Notes under the pieces: generated by a model
The model's input: the letters and a program-made list of their open reading frames with translations, nothing else
The model's database searches: none
Told to the model about the DNA's origin: nothing
Translations under genes and position numbers: made by a program
Shown here: positions 1 through 15,440 of the stretch, in pieces
How the letters are laid out: every line of letters begins with the position of its first letter
How positions within the stretch are numbered: the stretch's first letter is position 1
NCBI RefSeq assembly: GCF_056712565.1
Contig: NZ_CM160072.1
Direction: 5' to 3' (one strand)
DNA: 64,000 nt

Positions 1-275
1 GCCATCATTACCAGGGCAATTTTCGTGTTCCGTTTCATGGTTAATCCTCCAGTGGTTGTCTTACTTCGGGTATTGCATCTTCCGTGCCAACGGCGAAACG
101 CTGATATGACGGGTAATCTGGCATGATAAACGAGTAAAAATGACTCGCCTGCTGCGGGTAGCGAGTCATTTTTACTCATTGAAACTTAAGCCTTTGTGTT
201 ACAGCTCAGGGTAAGCGCTGATAAAAGATGGCATGATTTCTGCTGTCAGAAAGGGATGAGCAGGCAAAGAAGAAG

Positions 276-1652
276 ATGCGTTTTATGCAACGTTCTAAAG
301 ACTCCTTAGCTAAATGGTTAAGCGCGATCCTCCCCGTGGTCATTGTTGGGCTGGTGGGGCTGTTTGCGGTGACAGTGATTCGCGATTATGGGCGCGAGAC
401 TGCCGCCGCCAGACAAACGCTGCTGGAAAAAGGCAGTGTACTTATTCGTGCTCTTGAATCCGGCTCGCGCGTCGGCATGGGGATGCGCATGCATCATGCG
501 CAGCAGCAGGCCTTACTTGAAGAAATGGCCGGGCAGCCTGGAGTACGTTGGTTTGCGGTCACGGATGAACAAGGAACAATCGTGATGCATAGCAACTCCG
601 GCATGGTGGGAAAACAGCTTTATTCCCCGCAGGAAATGCAGCAGTTACATCCGGGAAATGAAGAAGCGTGGCGGCGGATCGATAGCGCAGACGGCGAGCC
701 TGTTCTGGAAATTTATCGCCAGTTTCAACCGATGTTTGCTACTGGAATGCACCGGATGCGCCATATGCAGCAGTATGCCGCGACACCACAAGCAATTTTT
801 ATCGCTTTCGACGCCAGTAACATTGTGAGTGCCGAAGATCGTGAGCAGAGAAACACCCTGATTATCCTCTTCGCCCTGGCGACGGTCTTGCTGGCAAGCG
901 TGTTGTCATTCTTCTGGTATCGCCGATATCTGCGCTCGCGGCAGCTATTGCAGGATGAAATGAAGCGCAAAGAGAAGCTGGTGGCGCTGGGGCATCTTGC
1001 GGCAGGTGTTGCCCACGAAATCCGTAACCCACTTTCCTCGATTAAAGGGCTGGCGAAATACTTTGCCGAACGCGCGCCAGCAGGGGGAGAAGCGCATCAA
1101 CTGGCGCAGGTGATGGCGAAAGAAGCCGACCGTTTAAACCGCGTGGTAAGCGAGCTGCTGGAACTGGTTAAGCCAACGCATCTGGCTTTGCAGGCGGTGG
1201 AGCTCAACACGCTGATTAACCACTCATTACAGCTGGTAAGCCAGGATGCAAACAGCCGGGAGATCCAGTTACGCTTTACCGCCAACGACACATTACCGGA
1301 AATTCAGGCCGATCCGGACAGGCTGACTCAGGTCCTGTTGAATCTCTATCTCAACGCTATTCAGGCGATTGGTCAGCATGGCGTGATTAGCGTGACGGCC
1401 AGCGAAAGCGGCGCGGGCGTGAAAATCAGCGTTACCGACAGCGGTAAGGGAATTGCGGCGGATCAGCTTGAAGCCATCTTCACTCCGTACTTCACCACCA
1501 AAGCCGAAGGCACCGGACTGGGGCTGGCGGTTGTGCATAATATTGTTGAACAACACGGTGGTACAATTCAGGTCGCAAGCCAGGAGGGAAAAGGCGCAAC
1601 GTTCACCCTTTGGCTTCCGGTCAATATTACGCGTAAGGACCCACAAGGATGA
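276..1652 (+). CDS. zraS: two-component sensor histidine kinase ZraS (HydH)
   Basis: 458-aa ORF with N-terminal TM segment, HisKA motif (AHEIRNPLS) and HATPase G-boxes (DSGKGI, GTGLGL); 4-bp overlap with following response regulator; K-12 synteny next to purD. Confidence 0.9.
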   Translation: MRFMQRSKDSLAKWLSAILPVVIVGLVGLFAVTVIRDYGRETAAARQTLLEKGSVLIRALESGSRVGMGMRMHHAQQQALLEEMAGQPGVRWFAVTDEQGTIVMHSNSGMVGKQLYSPQEMQQLHPGNEEAWRRIDSADGEPVLEIYRQFQPMFATGMHRMRHMQQYAATPQAIFIAFDASNIVSAEDREQRNTLIILFALATVLLASVLSFFWYRRYLRSRQLLQDEMKRKEKLVALGHLAAGVAHEIRNPLSSIKGLAKYFAERAPAGGEAHQLAQVMAKEADRLNRVVSELLELVKPTHLALQAVELNTLINHSLQLVSQDANSREIQLRFTANDTLPEIQADPDRLTQVLLNLYLNAIQAIGQHGVISVTASESGAGVKISVTDSGKGIAADQLEAIFTPYFTTKAEGTGLGLAVVHNIVEQHGGTIQVASQEGKGATFTLWLPVNITRKDPQG

Positions 1653-2974
1653 CGCACGATAATATCGATATTCTGGTGGTGGATGATGACATTAGCCACT
1701 GCACTATTTTGCAGGCTTTGCTGCGCGGCTGGGGCTATAACGTCGCGCTGGCGAACAGCGGGCGACAGGCGCTGGAGCAGGTGCGGGAACAGGTTTTTGA
1801 TCTTGTGCTTTGCGATGTGCGAATGGCAGAGATGGATGGTATCGCCACGCTAAAAGAGATCAAAACATTAAACCCCGCGATTCCGGTGCTGATTATGACC
1901 GCGTACTCCAGCATCGAGACGGCGGTAGAGGCGTTGAAAACCGGGGCGCTGGATTATCTCATCAAGCCGCTGGATTTCGATAACCTACAGTCGACGCTGG
2001 AAAAGGCGCTCGCGCATACACACAGTGTTGACGCTGAAACGCCTGCGGTGTCTGCCAGCCAGTTCGGTATGGTCGGTAAAAGCCCGGCGATGCAACACCT
2101 GCTCAGTGAAATCGCCCTCGTCGCGCCATCGGAAGCCACGGTGCTGATCCACGGCGATTCCGGCACCGGTAAAGAGCTGGTCGCCAGGGCGATTCACGCC
2201 AGTAGCGCACGTAGCGAAAAACCGCTGGTAACGCTCAACTGCGCGGCGCTCAACGAATCCTTGCTGGAGTCTGAATTGTTCGGTCACGAAAAAGGGGCGT
2301 TTACCGGGGCCGACAAACGCCGGGAAGGGCGCTTTGTTGAGGCGGACGGCGGCACGTTGTTTCTCGATGAAATTGGCGATATCTCGCCGATGATGCAGGT
2401 GCGTCTGCTACGTGCGATTCAGGAGCGCGAAGTTCAGCGTGTCGGTAGCAACCAGACTATTTCGGTTGATGTCCGGCTGATTGCGGCAACCCATCGCGAT
2501 CTTGCCGCAGAGGTGAATGCCGGGCGTTTTCGCCAGGATCTCTACTATCGGCTGAACGTGGTGGCGATTGAAGTACCATCGCTGCGGCAACGGCGGGAAG
2601 ATATTCCTCTGCTGGCTGGCCATTTTCTTCAGCGCTTTGCCGAACGTAATCGCAAGGCGGTAAAAGGCTTTACGCCCCAGGCGATGGATCTGCTGATTCA
2701 TTACGACTGGCCGGGAAATATTCGTGAACTGGAAAACGCGGTGGAACGGGCGGTGGTGCTGCTGACCGGGGAATATATTTCCGAACGCGAGCTGCCGCTG
2801 GCGATTGCCAGTACGCCGATCCCGCTGGTACAAAGTCAGGATATTCAGCCGCTGGTGGAAGTCGAAAAAGAGGTGATTCTGGCGGCGCTGGAGAAAACGG
2901 GCGGCAACAAAACCGAAGCCGCCCGCCAGTTAGGGATCACGCGCAAAACGCTATTGGCAAAACTGTCGCGTTAG
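1649..2974 (+). CDS. zraR: sigma54-dependent response regulator ZraR (HydG)
   Basis: 441-aa ORF: receiver domain, AAA+ sigma54-activator motifs (GDSGTGKE Walker A, GAFTGA loop), C-terminal HTH; operon with zraS. Confidence 0.92.
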   Translation: MTHDNIDILVVDDDISHCTILQALLRGWGYNVALANSGRQALEQVREQVFDLVLCDVRMAEMDGIATLKEIKTLNPAIPVLIMTAYSSIETAVEALKTGALDYLIKPLDFDNLQSTLEKALAHTHSVDAETPAVSASQFGMVGKSPAMQHLLSEIALVAPSEATVLIHGDSGTGKELVARAIHASSARSEKPLVTLNCAALNESLLESELFGHEKGAFTGADKRREGRFVEADGGTLFLDEIGDISPMMQVRLLRAIQEREVQRVGSNQTISVDVRLIAATHRDLAAEVNAGRFRQDLYYRLNVVAIEVPSLRQRREDIPLLAGHFLQRFAERNRKAVKGFTPQAMDLLIHYDWPGNIRELENAVERAVVLLTGEYISERELPLAIASTPIPLVQSQDIQPLVEVEKEVILAALEKTGGNKTEAARQLGITRKTLLAKLSR

Positions 2975-4260
2975 TTCTGCTCGCGTTCGATAGCGCGCCA
3001 GCCGATATCTTTCCGGCAGAAGCAGTCGTCCCAATGGATATCGGTCATTAAGGCATAAGCGCGTTTCTGCGCTTCTGCCACGGTATGACCCAGCGCGGTA
3101 ACGCACAGTACGCGCCCGCCGCTGGTCACTACCTGCTCGTCATCCGCTAGTTTCGTGCCCGCGTGGAACACTTTGCCGTCTGCCACTTCTTCCAGCGGCA
3201 GGCCGTGGATCACATCGCCGGTGCGGTAATCGCCCGGATATCCACCCGCAGCCATCACCACGCCGAGAGAAGCGCGTTCATCCCACTCGGACGTTTTCTC
3301 GTCCAGCTTGCCTTCACAGGCCGCCAGGCAGAGCTCAACCAGATCGGACTTCATGCGCAGCATAATCGGCTGGGTTTCCGGATCGCCAAAGCGGCAGTTA
3401 AATTCAATAACCTTCGGATTGCCCTGTTTGTCGATCATCAGGCCCGCGTAGAGAAAACCAGTGTAGGTGTTGCCTTCCGCCGCCATGCCTTTCACGGTTG
3501 GCCAGATGATACGCTCCATCGTGCGCTGATGAACCTCATCGGTCACTACTGGCGCAGGGGAGTAAGCGCCCATCCCGCCGGTGTTCGGCCCGGTATCTTT
3601 ATCGCCTACGCGTTTGTGATCCTGGCTGGTGGCCATCGGCAGCACATGCTCGCCGTCCACCATCACGATAAAGCTCGCTTCTTCGCCGTCGAGGAACTCT
3701 TCGATAACAATGCGATGACCCGCGTCGCCAAACGCGTTGCCCGCCAGCATGTCGCGCACGGCGGCTTCAGCTTCTTCCAGCGTCATCGCCACGATAACGC
3801 CTTTCCCGGCGGCCAGACCGTCCGCTTTAATGACGATTGGCGCGCCTTTCTCACGCAGATACGCCAGCGCAGGTTCTACCTCGGTGAAGTTCTGGTATTC
3901 CGCTGTGGGAATGTTATGGCGGGCCAGAAAGTCTTTGGTGAATGCTTTAGAACCTTCCAGTTGTGCAGCACCTGCGGTTGGGCCGAAGATTTTCAGCCCG
4001 GCGGCGCGGAAGGTATCGACTACGCCTTTCACCAGCGGCGCTTCCGGGCCGACGATGGTTAGATCTACCTTTTCGTTTTGTGCGAAATCCAGCAGCGCCG
4101 GGATATCGGTTACGCCGATAGCGACGTTCTGTAGCGCGGGTTCCAGCGCAGTGCCTGCATTACCCGGAGCAACAAAAACAGTTTCAACCAGCGGCGACTG
4201 AGCCGCTTTCCAGGCCAGCGCGTGCTCGCGCCCGCCGTTACCAATCACTAATACTTTCAT
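2971..4260 (-). CDS. purD: phosphoribosylamine-glycine ligase (GAR synthetase)
   Basis: 429-aa ORF starting MKVLVIGNGGREHALAWK, ATP-grasp family; purHD gene pair as in K-12. Confidence 0.93.
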   Translation of the reverse strand: MKVLVIGNGGREHALAWKAAQSPLVETVFVAPGNAGTALEPALQNVAIGVTDIPALLDFAQNEKVDLTIVGPEAPLVKGVVDTFRAAGLKIFGPTAGAAQLEGSKAFTKDFLARHNIPTAEYQNFTEVEPALAYLREKGAPIVIKADGLAAGKGVIVAMTLEEAEAAVRDMLAGNAFGDAGHRIVIEEFLDGEEASFIVMVDGEHVLPMATSQDHKRVGDKDTGPNTGGMGAYSPAPVVTDEVHQRTMERIIWPTVKGMAAEGNTYTGFLYAGLMIDKQGNPKVIEFNCRFGDPETQPIMLRMKSDLVELCLAACEGKLDEKTSEWDERASLGVVMAAGGYPGDYRTGDVIHGLPLEEVADGKVFHAGTKLADDEQVVTSGGRVLCVTALGHTVAEAQKRAYALMTDIHWDDCFCRKDIGWRAIEREQN

Positions 4261-4271
4261 CTATTGCTCCA

Positions 4272-5861
4272 TTAATGGCGGAAGTGGCGCATGTCGGTGA
4301 AGAGCATCGCAATACCGTGCTCGTCGGCGGCGGCAATCACTTCGTCATCACGGATGGAACCGCCAGGCTGGATTACACAGGTCACGCCCGCAGCGGCGGC
4401 GGCATCAATACCGTCGCGGAACGGGAAGAACGCGTCAGAAGCCATCGAGGAACCTTTCACTTCCAGACCTTCATCGGCGGCTTTAATACCGGCGATTTTC
4501 GCGGAGTACACGCGGCTCATCTGGCCCGCGCCAATACCGATGGTCATATTGTTTTTGGCATAGACGATAGCGTTGGATTTCACGAACTTCGCCACTTTCC
4601 AGCAGAACAGCGCATCACGCAATTCCTGTTCGGTCGGCTGGCGTTTGGTGACGACGCGCAGTTCTTCTGCACCGACCATCCCCAGATCGCGATCCTGAAC
4701 CAGCAGACCGCCGTTCACGCGTTTGAAATCAAGACCCGGAACACGCTCGCCCCACTGACCGCAGGTCAGAACGCGTACGTTTTGCTTGGCGGCGGTGATT
4801 TTCAGGGCTTCTTCGCTGGCGGACGGCGCAATAATCACTTCGACGAACTGACGAGAAATGATGGCCTGCGCGGTTTCAGCATCCAGTTCGCGGTTAAAGG
4901 CAATGATGCCGCCGAATGCGGAGGTTGGGTCGGTTTTGTACGCGCGATCGTAAGCATCAAGAATGGAATTGCCGATAGCCACGCCGCAAGGGTTGGCGTG
5001 TTTCACAATCACACATGCCGGCTCGGCGAACTCTTTCACGCACTCCAGCGCCGCATCGGTGTCGGCGATGTTGTTATAAGAGAGGGCTTTACCTTGAACC
5101 TGGGTTGCAGTAGCAACGGAGGCTTCTTTCACATTCTCTTCTATATAGAAGGCAGCCTGCTGGTGGCTGTTCTCGCCGTAACGCATATCCTGCTTCTTAA
5201 TGAAGTTCAGGTTCAGCGTGCGTGGGAAGCGACCGGCGGCTTCTTTGCTTTCACCGTGGTAAGCCGGAACCATGCTGCCGAAGTAGTTGGCAATCATGCT
5301 GTCGTAGGCGGCGGTGTGTTCGAAGGCTTTGATGGCAAGGTCAAAGCGAGTTTCCAGAGTCAGGGAGCCTTCATTGGCATCTATCTCTTTAATAATGGCG
5401 TCGTAGTCGCTGCTCTTCACCACGATTGCGACATCTTTATGGTTCTTGGCGGCAGAGCGCACCATCGTCGGGCCGCCGATATCGATGTTCTCAACCGCAT
5501 CTTCCAGCGAGCAGCCTTCACGAGCAACGGTCTGGGCGAACGGATACAGGTTAACAACCACCATATCGATAGGCTGGATCTGATGTTCTTCCATAATGGT
5601 ATCGTCCTGGCCGCGACGGCCCAGAATTCCACCATGTACTTTCGGATGCAGGGTCTTCACGCGTCCATCCATCATCTCCGGGAAACCGGTGTAATCGGAA
5701 ACTTCGGTTACCGGCAGACCTTTTTCTGCTAACAGACGGGCTGTGCCCCCTGTAGACAGCAGCTCCACACCGCGTGCGGAAAGTGCCTGGGCGAATTCGA
5801 CGATACCGGCTTTGTCAGAAACACTGAGCAGAGCGCGGCGGACTGGACGACGTTGTTGCAT
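4272..5861 (-). CDS. purH: bifunctional AICAR formyltransferase / IMP cyclohydrolase
   Basis: 529-aa ORF starting [19 protein letters not shown], immediately upstream of purD on the same strand. Confidence 0.93.
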
Positions 5862-6149
5862 GGTAAATCCCCTGGATTTGACTATTACAGAGAGCGTTAG
5901 CTGAATTTTTCGCGAAAAACTCAGCTAACGCCCCTAACGGGGCATCCTTATTTTTCGCCCGCATTGTAACGAAAACGTTTGCGCAACGCTCGCGAATTTT
6001 TCTCTTTCAATGGTGATCACAATTTTGACAGTGTTTACCGTGGGAAAAATACAGAAATTACATTGATGATTGTGGATAACTCTGTGCGTAAAAAGGTATA
6101 AAGCGGGGTTTTGCTGGGGAATGCAGCAGTCAGTCATTTTTCTGCAATT

Positions 6150-6300
6150 TTTCTATTGCGGCCTGCGGAGAACTCCCTATAATGCGCCTCCATCGACACG
6201 GCGGATGTGAATCACTTCACACAAACAGCCGGTTCGGTTGAAGAGAAAAATCCTGAAATTCAGGGTTGACTCTGAAAGAGGAAAGCGTAATATACGCCAC
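6150..6300 (+). promoter_or_regulatory. rRNA operon tandem promoters P1/P2
   Basis: P1-like -10 TATAAT at 6178-6183 followed by GC-rich discriminator (GCGCC); P2-like -35 TTGACT at 6266-6271 and -10 TAATAT at 6288-6293; AT-rich UP-like sequence upstream. Confidence 0.7.
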
Positions 6301-6477
6301 CTCGCGACAGTGAGCTGAAAGCCGCGTCGCAACTGCTCTTTAACAATTTATCAGACAATCTGTGTGGGCACTCGAAGATACGGATTCTTAACGTCGCAAG
6401 ACGAAAAATGAATACCAAGTCTCAGGAGTGAACACGTAATTCATTACGAAGTTTAATTCTTTGAGCATCAAACTTTT

Positions 6478-8019
<1,542 letters not shown>

Positions 8020-8104
8020 CCTTAAAGAAGCGTACTTTGCAGTGCTCACACAGATTGTCTGATAGAAAGTGAAAAGCAAGGCGTCTTGCGAAGCAGACTG
8101 ATAC

Positions 8105-8180
8105 GTCCCCTTCGTCTAGAGGCCCAGGACACCGCCCTTTCACGGCGGTAACAGGGGTTCGAATCCCCTAGGGGACGCCA
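8105..8180 (+). tRNA. gltV: tRNA-Glu (UUC) in 16S-23S spacer
   Basis: 76-nt sequence GTCCCCTTCGTCTAGAGGCCCAGGACACCGCCCTTTCACGGCGGTAACAGGGGTTCGAATCCCCTAGGGGACGCCA matches E. coli tRNA-Glu2 with encoded CCA. Confidence 0.95.
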
Positions 8181-8373
8181 CTTGCTGGTTTGTGAGTGAA
8201 AGTCACCTGCCTTAATATCTCAAAACTCATCTTCGGGTGATGTTTGAGATATTTGCTCTTTAAAAATCTGGATCAAGCTGAAAATTGAAACACTGAACAA
8301 CGAGAGTTGTTCGTGAGTCTCTCAAATTTTCGCAACACGATGATGAATCGCAAGAAACATCTTCGGGTTGTGA

Positions 8374-11276
<2,903 letters not shown>

Positions 11277-11370
11277 TACAACGCCGAAGATGTTTTGGCG
11301 GATGAGAGAAGATTTTCAGCCTGATACAGATTAGATTAACCGGCGACAAGCGGGTTAATGAAACAGAATT

Positions 11371-11490
11371 TGCCTGGCGGCCTTAGCGCGGTGGTCCCAC
11401 CTGACCCCATGCCGAACTCAGAAGTGAAACGCCGTAGCGCCGATGGTAGTGTGGGGTCTCCCCATGCGAGAGTAGGGAACTGCCAGGCAT
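11371..11490 (+). rRNA. rrfE: 5S ribosomal RNA
   Basis: 120-nt sequence TGCCTGGCGGCC...GGGAACTGCCAGGCAT matching E. coli 5S rRNA. Confidence 0.95.
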
Positions 11491-11502
11491 CAAATTAGAA
11501 AA

Positions 11503-11530
11503 ACCCCGGTCAATAAGGCCGGGGTTTTTT
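11503..11530 (+). terminator. rho-independent terminator of rRNA operon
   Basis: GC stem CCCCGGTC...GGCCGGGG followed by a T-run directly after 5S. Confidence 0.8.
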
Positions 11531-11564
11531 GCATATCAATTATTTGCATGATGAAGGGAATCTC

Positions 11565-11948
11565 ATGTCAGTTCTGTATATCCAAATTCGTCGTAATCAA
11601 ATTACTGTTCGCGATCTTGAAAGCAAACGTGAAGTGTCAGGAGATGCTGCCTTCAGTAACCAGCGCCTGTTAATCGCCAATTTCTTTGTTGCAGAAAAAG
11701 TTCTGCAAGATCTTGTTCTGCAACTCCACCCACGTTCAACCTGGCATTCTTTTTTGCCAGCAAAACGTATGGATATTGTTGTGAGCGCGCTGGAAATGAA
11801 TGAGGGCGGTTTGTCACAGGTTGAGGAACGCATTCTTCATGAAGTGGTCGCAGGGGCAACGTTAATGAAATATCGCCAGTTCCACATCCATGCGCAATCA
11901 GTGGTACTCAGTGATAGTGCGGTCCTGGCAATGTTTAAGCAGAAATAA
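11565..11948 (+). CDS. yjaA: stress-response protein YjaA
   Basis: 127-aa product from internal Met (MSVLYIQIRRNQ...) of ORF 11529-11948; position between rrnE and yjaB as in K-12. Confidence 0.8.
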   Translation: MSVLYIQIRRNQITVRDLESKREVSGDAAFSNQRLLIANFFVAEKVLQDLVLQLHPRSTWHSFLPAKRMDIVVSALEMNEGGLSQVEERILHEVVAGATLMKYRQFHIHAQSVVLSDSAVLAMFKQK

Positions 11949-12011
11949 TCATGTCACCATTGGTGGGTACGAAACCTAAAGTTCAGCCCACCGGGATGAG
12001 AAAAAAACCGC

Positions 12012-12455
12012 CTACACCCCCACATATGCCAGATTCAGCAATGGATACGGTTTCCCCAAATCGTCCACCTCAGAGCGTCCCGTAACCTTAAAACCCACCT
12101 TCTTATAGAACCCAACCGCCTGCTCATTTTGCTCATTAACATTGGTTGTCAGTTCCGGGGCCATTGAGAGCGCATGCTTCACCAGCATCCGACCCACGCC
12201 GCAGCCGCGCACATCAGGATCGATAAACAGCGCATCCATATGCTGCCCACTTAACAACATAAACCCAACCGGCCGATCCCGCTCATTAACCGCGACCCAC
12301 AACGGTGCTTCCGGCAGAAAGGAATGCACCAGCTCTTCCAGCTCGGCCCGATACTCTGCTGATAAAAAATCGTGAGTGGCATCGACAGAACGACACCAAA
12401 TCGCAACGAGTTCCTCCCCCTCCTCATGCCGTGAGCGTCGAATACTAATAACCAT
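12012..12455 (-). CDS. yjaB: GNAT family N-acetyltransferase YjaB
   Basis: 147-aa ORF with acetyl-CoA binding motif (RGCGVGRMLVKHAL); K-12 synteny. Confidence 0.85.
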   Translation of the reverse strand: MVISIRRSRHEEGEELVAIWCRSVDATHDFLSAEYRAELEELVHSFLPEAPLWVAVNERDRPVGFMLLSGQHMDALFIDPDVRGCGVGRMLVKHALSMAPELTTNVNEQNEQAVGFYKKVGFKVTGRSEVDDLGKPYPLLNLAYVGV

Positions 12456-12564
12456 TTTCTCTCCTTTTCGTCATTCTTATATTCTAACGTAGCCTTTTCC
12501 TTGAAACTTTCTCACCTTCAACATGCAGGCTCGACATTGGTAAATTTTCTGGTTATCTTCAGCT

Positions 12565-12600
12565 ATCTGGATGTCTAAACGTATAAGCGTATGTAGTGAG
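12565..12600 (+). promoter_or_regulatory. putative MetJ operator (tandem met boxes) upstream of metA
   Basis: Tandem 8-bp units GGATGTCT-AAACGTAT-AAGCGTAT resembling the AGACGTCT met-box consensus, just 5' of metA. Confidence 0.4.
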
Positions 12601-12611
12601 GTAATCAGGTT

Positions 12612-13541
12612 ATGCCGATTCGTGTGCCGGACGAGCTACCCGCCGTCAATTTCTTGCGTGAAGAAAACGTCTTTGTGATGACAACTTCTCGCGCGTCTGG
12701 TCAGGAAATTCGTCCGCTAAAGGTGCTTATCCTTAACCTGATGCCGAAGAAGATCGAAACTGAAAATCAGTTTCTGCGCCTGCTTTCAAACTCACCTTTG
12801 CAGGTCGATATTCAGCTTTTGCGCATCGATTCCCGTGAATCGCGCAACACGCCCGCAGAGCATCTGAATAACTTCTACTGTAACTTTGAAGATATTCAGG
12901 AACAAAACTTTGACGGTCTGATAGTTACCGGCGCGCCGCTGGGCCTGGTGGAGTTTAATGATGTCGCTTACTGGCCGCAGATCAAACAGGTGCTGGAGTG
13001 GTCGAAAGATCACGTCACCTCGACGCTGTTTGTCTGCTGGGCTGTACAGGCCGCGCTCAATATCCTCTATGGTATTCCTAAGCAAACCCGCACCGACAAA
13101 CTCTCTGGCGTTTACGAGCATCATATTCTCCATCCTCATGCGCTTCTGACGCGTGGCTTTGATGATTCATTCCTGGCACCGCATTCGCGCTATGCTGACT
13201 TTCCGGCAGCGTTGATTCGTGATTATACCGATCTGGAAATTCTGGCAGAGACGGAAGAAGGGGATGCATATCTGTTTGCCAGCAAAGATAAGCGCATTGC
13301 CTTTGTGACGGGCCATCCCGAATATGATGCGCAAACGCTGGCGCAGGAATATTTCCGCGATGTGGAAGCCGGGCTAGACCCGGATGTACCGTATAACTAT
13401 TTCCCGCACAATGATCCGCAAAATACACCGCGAGCGAGCTGGCGTAGTCACGGTAATTTGCTGTTTACCAACTGGCTCAACTATTACGTCTACCAGATCA
13501 CGCCATATGATCTACGGCACATGAATCCAACGCTGGATTAA
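12612..13541 (+). CDS. metA: homoserine O-succinyltransferase
   Basis: 309-aa ORF starting [23 protein letters not shown]; K-12 synteny. Confidence 0.93.
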   Translation: MPIRVPDELPAVNFLREENVFVMTTSRASGQEIRPLKVLILNLMPKKIETENQFLRLLSNSPLQVDIQLLRIDSRESRNTPAEHLNNFYCNFEDIQEQNFDGLIVTGAPLGLVEFNDVAYWPQIKQVLEWSKDHVTSTLFVCWAVQAALNILYGIPKQTRTDKLSGVYEHHILHPHALLTRGFDDSFLAPHSRYADFPAALIRDYTDLEILAETEEGDAYLFASKDKRIAFVTGHPEYDAQTLAQEYFRDVEAGLDPDVPYNYFPHNDPQNTPRASWRSHGNLLFTNWLNYYVYQITPYDLRHMNPTLD

Positions 13542-13585
13542 TCTTCTGTGATAGTCGATCGTTAAGCGATTCAGCACCTTACCTC

Positions 13586-13610
13586 AGGCACCTTCGGGTG
13601 CCTTTTTTAT
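13586..13610 (+). terminator. rho-independent terminator after metA
   Basis: Hairpin AGGCACCTTCGGGTGCCT followed by TTTTTTAT. Confidence 0.75.
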
Positions 13611-13809
13611 TTCCGAAACACACCTCAGCAAGTGAATAAATTTTATTTATATTGTTATCAGTAAGTTAACATGTATTTTTAATTAAAATGGAAATTGTTT
13701 TTGATTTTGCATTTTAAATGAGTAGTCTTAGTTGTGCTGAACGAAAAGCGCACAACGATCCTTCGTTCACAGTGGGGAAGTTTTCGGATCCATGACGAGG
13801 AGCTGCACG

Positions 13810-15411
13810 ATGACTGAACAGGCAACAACAATCGATGAACTGGCTTTTACAAGGCCGTATGGCGAGCAGGAGAAGCAAATTCTTACTGCCGAAGCGGTAG
13901 AATTTCTGACTGAGCTGGTGACGCATTTTACGCCACAACGCAATAAACTTCTGGCAGCGCGTATTCAGCAGCAGCAGGATATCGATAACGGAATGTTGCC
14001 TGATTTTATTTCGGAAACAGCTTCCATTCGTGATGCTGACTGGAAAATTCGCGGGATTCCTTCGGACTTAGAAGATCGTCGCGTAGAGATTACCGGACCT
14101 GTAGAGCGCAAGATGGTGATCAACGCGCTCAACGCCAATGTGAAAGTCTTTATGGCCGATTTCGAAGATTCACTGGCACCAGACTGGAACAAAGTGATCG
14201 ATGGGCAAATTAACCTGCGCGATGCGGTTAACGGCACCATCAGCTATAGCAATGAAGCAGGCAAAATTTATCAGCTCAAGCCCAATCCAGCGGTTTTGAT
14301 TTGTCGGGTACGCGGTCTGCACTTGCCGGAAAAACATGTCACCTGGCGTGGTGAGACAATCCCCGGTAGCCTGTTTGATTTTGCGCTCTATTTCTTCCAC
14401 AACTATCAGGCACTGTTGGCAAAGGGCAGCGGTCCCTATTTCTATCTGCCGAAAACCCAGTCCTGGCAGGAAGCGGCCTGGTGGAGCGAAGTCTTCAGCT
14501 ATGCAGAAGATCGCTTTAATCTGCCGCGCGGCACCATCAAGGCGACGTTGCTGATTGAAACGCTGCCCGCCGTGTTCCAGATGGATGAAATCCTTCACGC
14601 GCTGCGTGACCATATTGTTGGTCTGAACTGCGGTCGTTGGGATTACATCTTCAGTTATATCAAAACATTGAAAAACTATCCCGATCGCGTCCTGCCAGAC
14701 AGACAGGCAGTGACGATGGATAAACCCTTCCTGAATGCTTACTCACGCCTGTTGATTAAAACCTGCCATAAACGCGGTGCTTTTGCGATGGGCGGCATGG
14801 CGGCGTTTATTCCAAGCAAAGATGAAGAGCGCAATAACCAGGTGCTCGACAAAGTAAAAGCGGATAAATCGCTGGAAGCCAATAACGGTCACGATGGCAC
14901 ATGGATCGCTCACCCGGGCCTTGCTGATACGGCAATGGCGGTATTCAACGATATTCTCGGCTCCCGCAAAAACCAGCTTGAGGTGATGCGCGAACAAGAC
15001 GCGCCGATTACTGCCGATCAGCTGCTGGCACCTTGTGATGGTGAACGCACCGAAGAAGGTATGCGCGCCAACATTCGCGTGGCTGTGCAGTACATCGAAG
15101 CGTGGATCTCTGGCAATGGCTGTGTGCCGATTTATGGCCTGATGGAAGATGCGGCGACGGCTGAAATTTCCCGTACCTCAATCTGGCAGTGGATCCATCA
15201 TCAAAAAACGTTGAGCAATGGCAAACCGGTGACTAAAGCCTTGTTCCGCCAGATGCTGGGCGAAGAGATGAAAGTCATTGCCAGCGAACTGGGCGAAGAA
15301 CGTTTCTCCCATGGGCGTTTTGACGATGCCGCACGCTTGATGGAACAGATCACCACTTCCGATGAGTTAATTGATTTCCTGACCCTGCCAGGCTACCGCC
15401 TGTTAGCGTAA
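13810..15411 (+). CDS. aceB: malate synthase A
   Basis: 533-aa product from MTEQATT within ORF 13792-15411; first gene of glyoxylate shunt operon aceBAK. Confidence 0.93.
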   Translation: MTEQATTIDELAFTRPYGEQEKQILTAEAVEFLTELVTHFTPQRNKLLAARIQQQQDIDNGMLPDFISETASIRDADWKIRGIPSDLEDRRVEITGPVERKMVINALNANVKVFMADFEDSLAPDWNKVIDGQINLRDAVNGTISYSNEAGKIYQLKPNPAVLICRVRGLHLPEKHVTWRGETIPGSLFDFALYFFHNYQALLAKGSGPYFYLPKTQSWQEAAWWSEVFSYAEDRFNLPRGTIKATLLIETLPAVFQMDEILHALRDHIVGLNCGRWDYIFSYIKTLKNYPDRVLPDRQAVTMDKPFLNAYSRLLIKTCHKRGAFAMGGMAAFIPSKDEERNNQVLDKVKADKSLEANNGHDGTWIAHPGLADTAMAVFNDILGSRKNQLEVMREQDAPITADQLLAPCDGERTEEGMRANIRVAVQYIEAWISGNGCVPIYGLMEDAATAEISRTSIWQWIHHQKTLSNGKPVTKALFRQMLGEEMKVIASELGEERFSHGRFDDAARLMEQITTSDELIDFLTLPGYRLLA

Positions 15412-15440
15412 ACCACCACATAACTATGGAGCATCTGCAC

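Noticed and set aside
4275-5732. 485-aa plus-strand ORF antisense to purH (and similar long antisense ORFs opposite purD, metH, malF, pgi, plsB, aceA)
   Set aside because: Shadow ORFs in the opposite strand of well-supported genes; translated sequences are low-complexity (Gly/Arg/Ala-rich) and have no start-site context.
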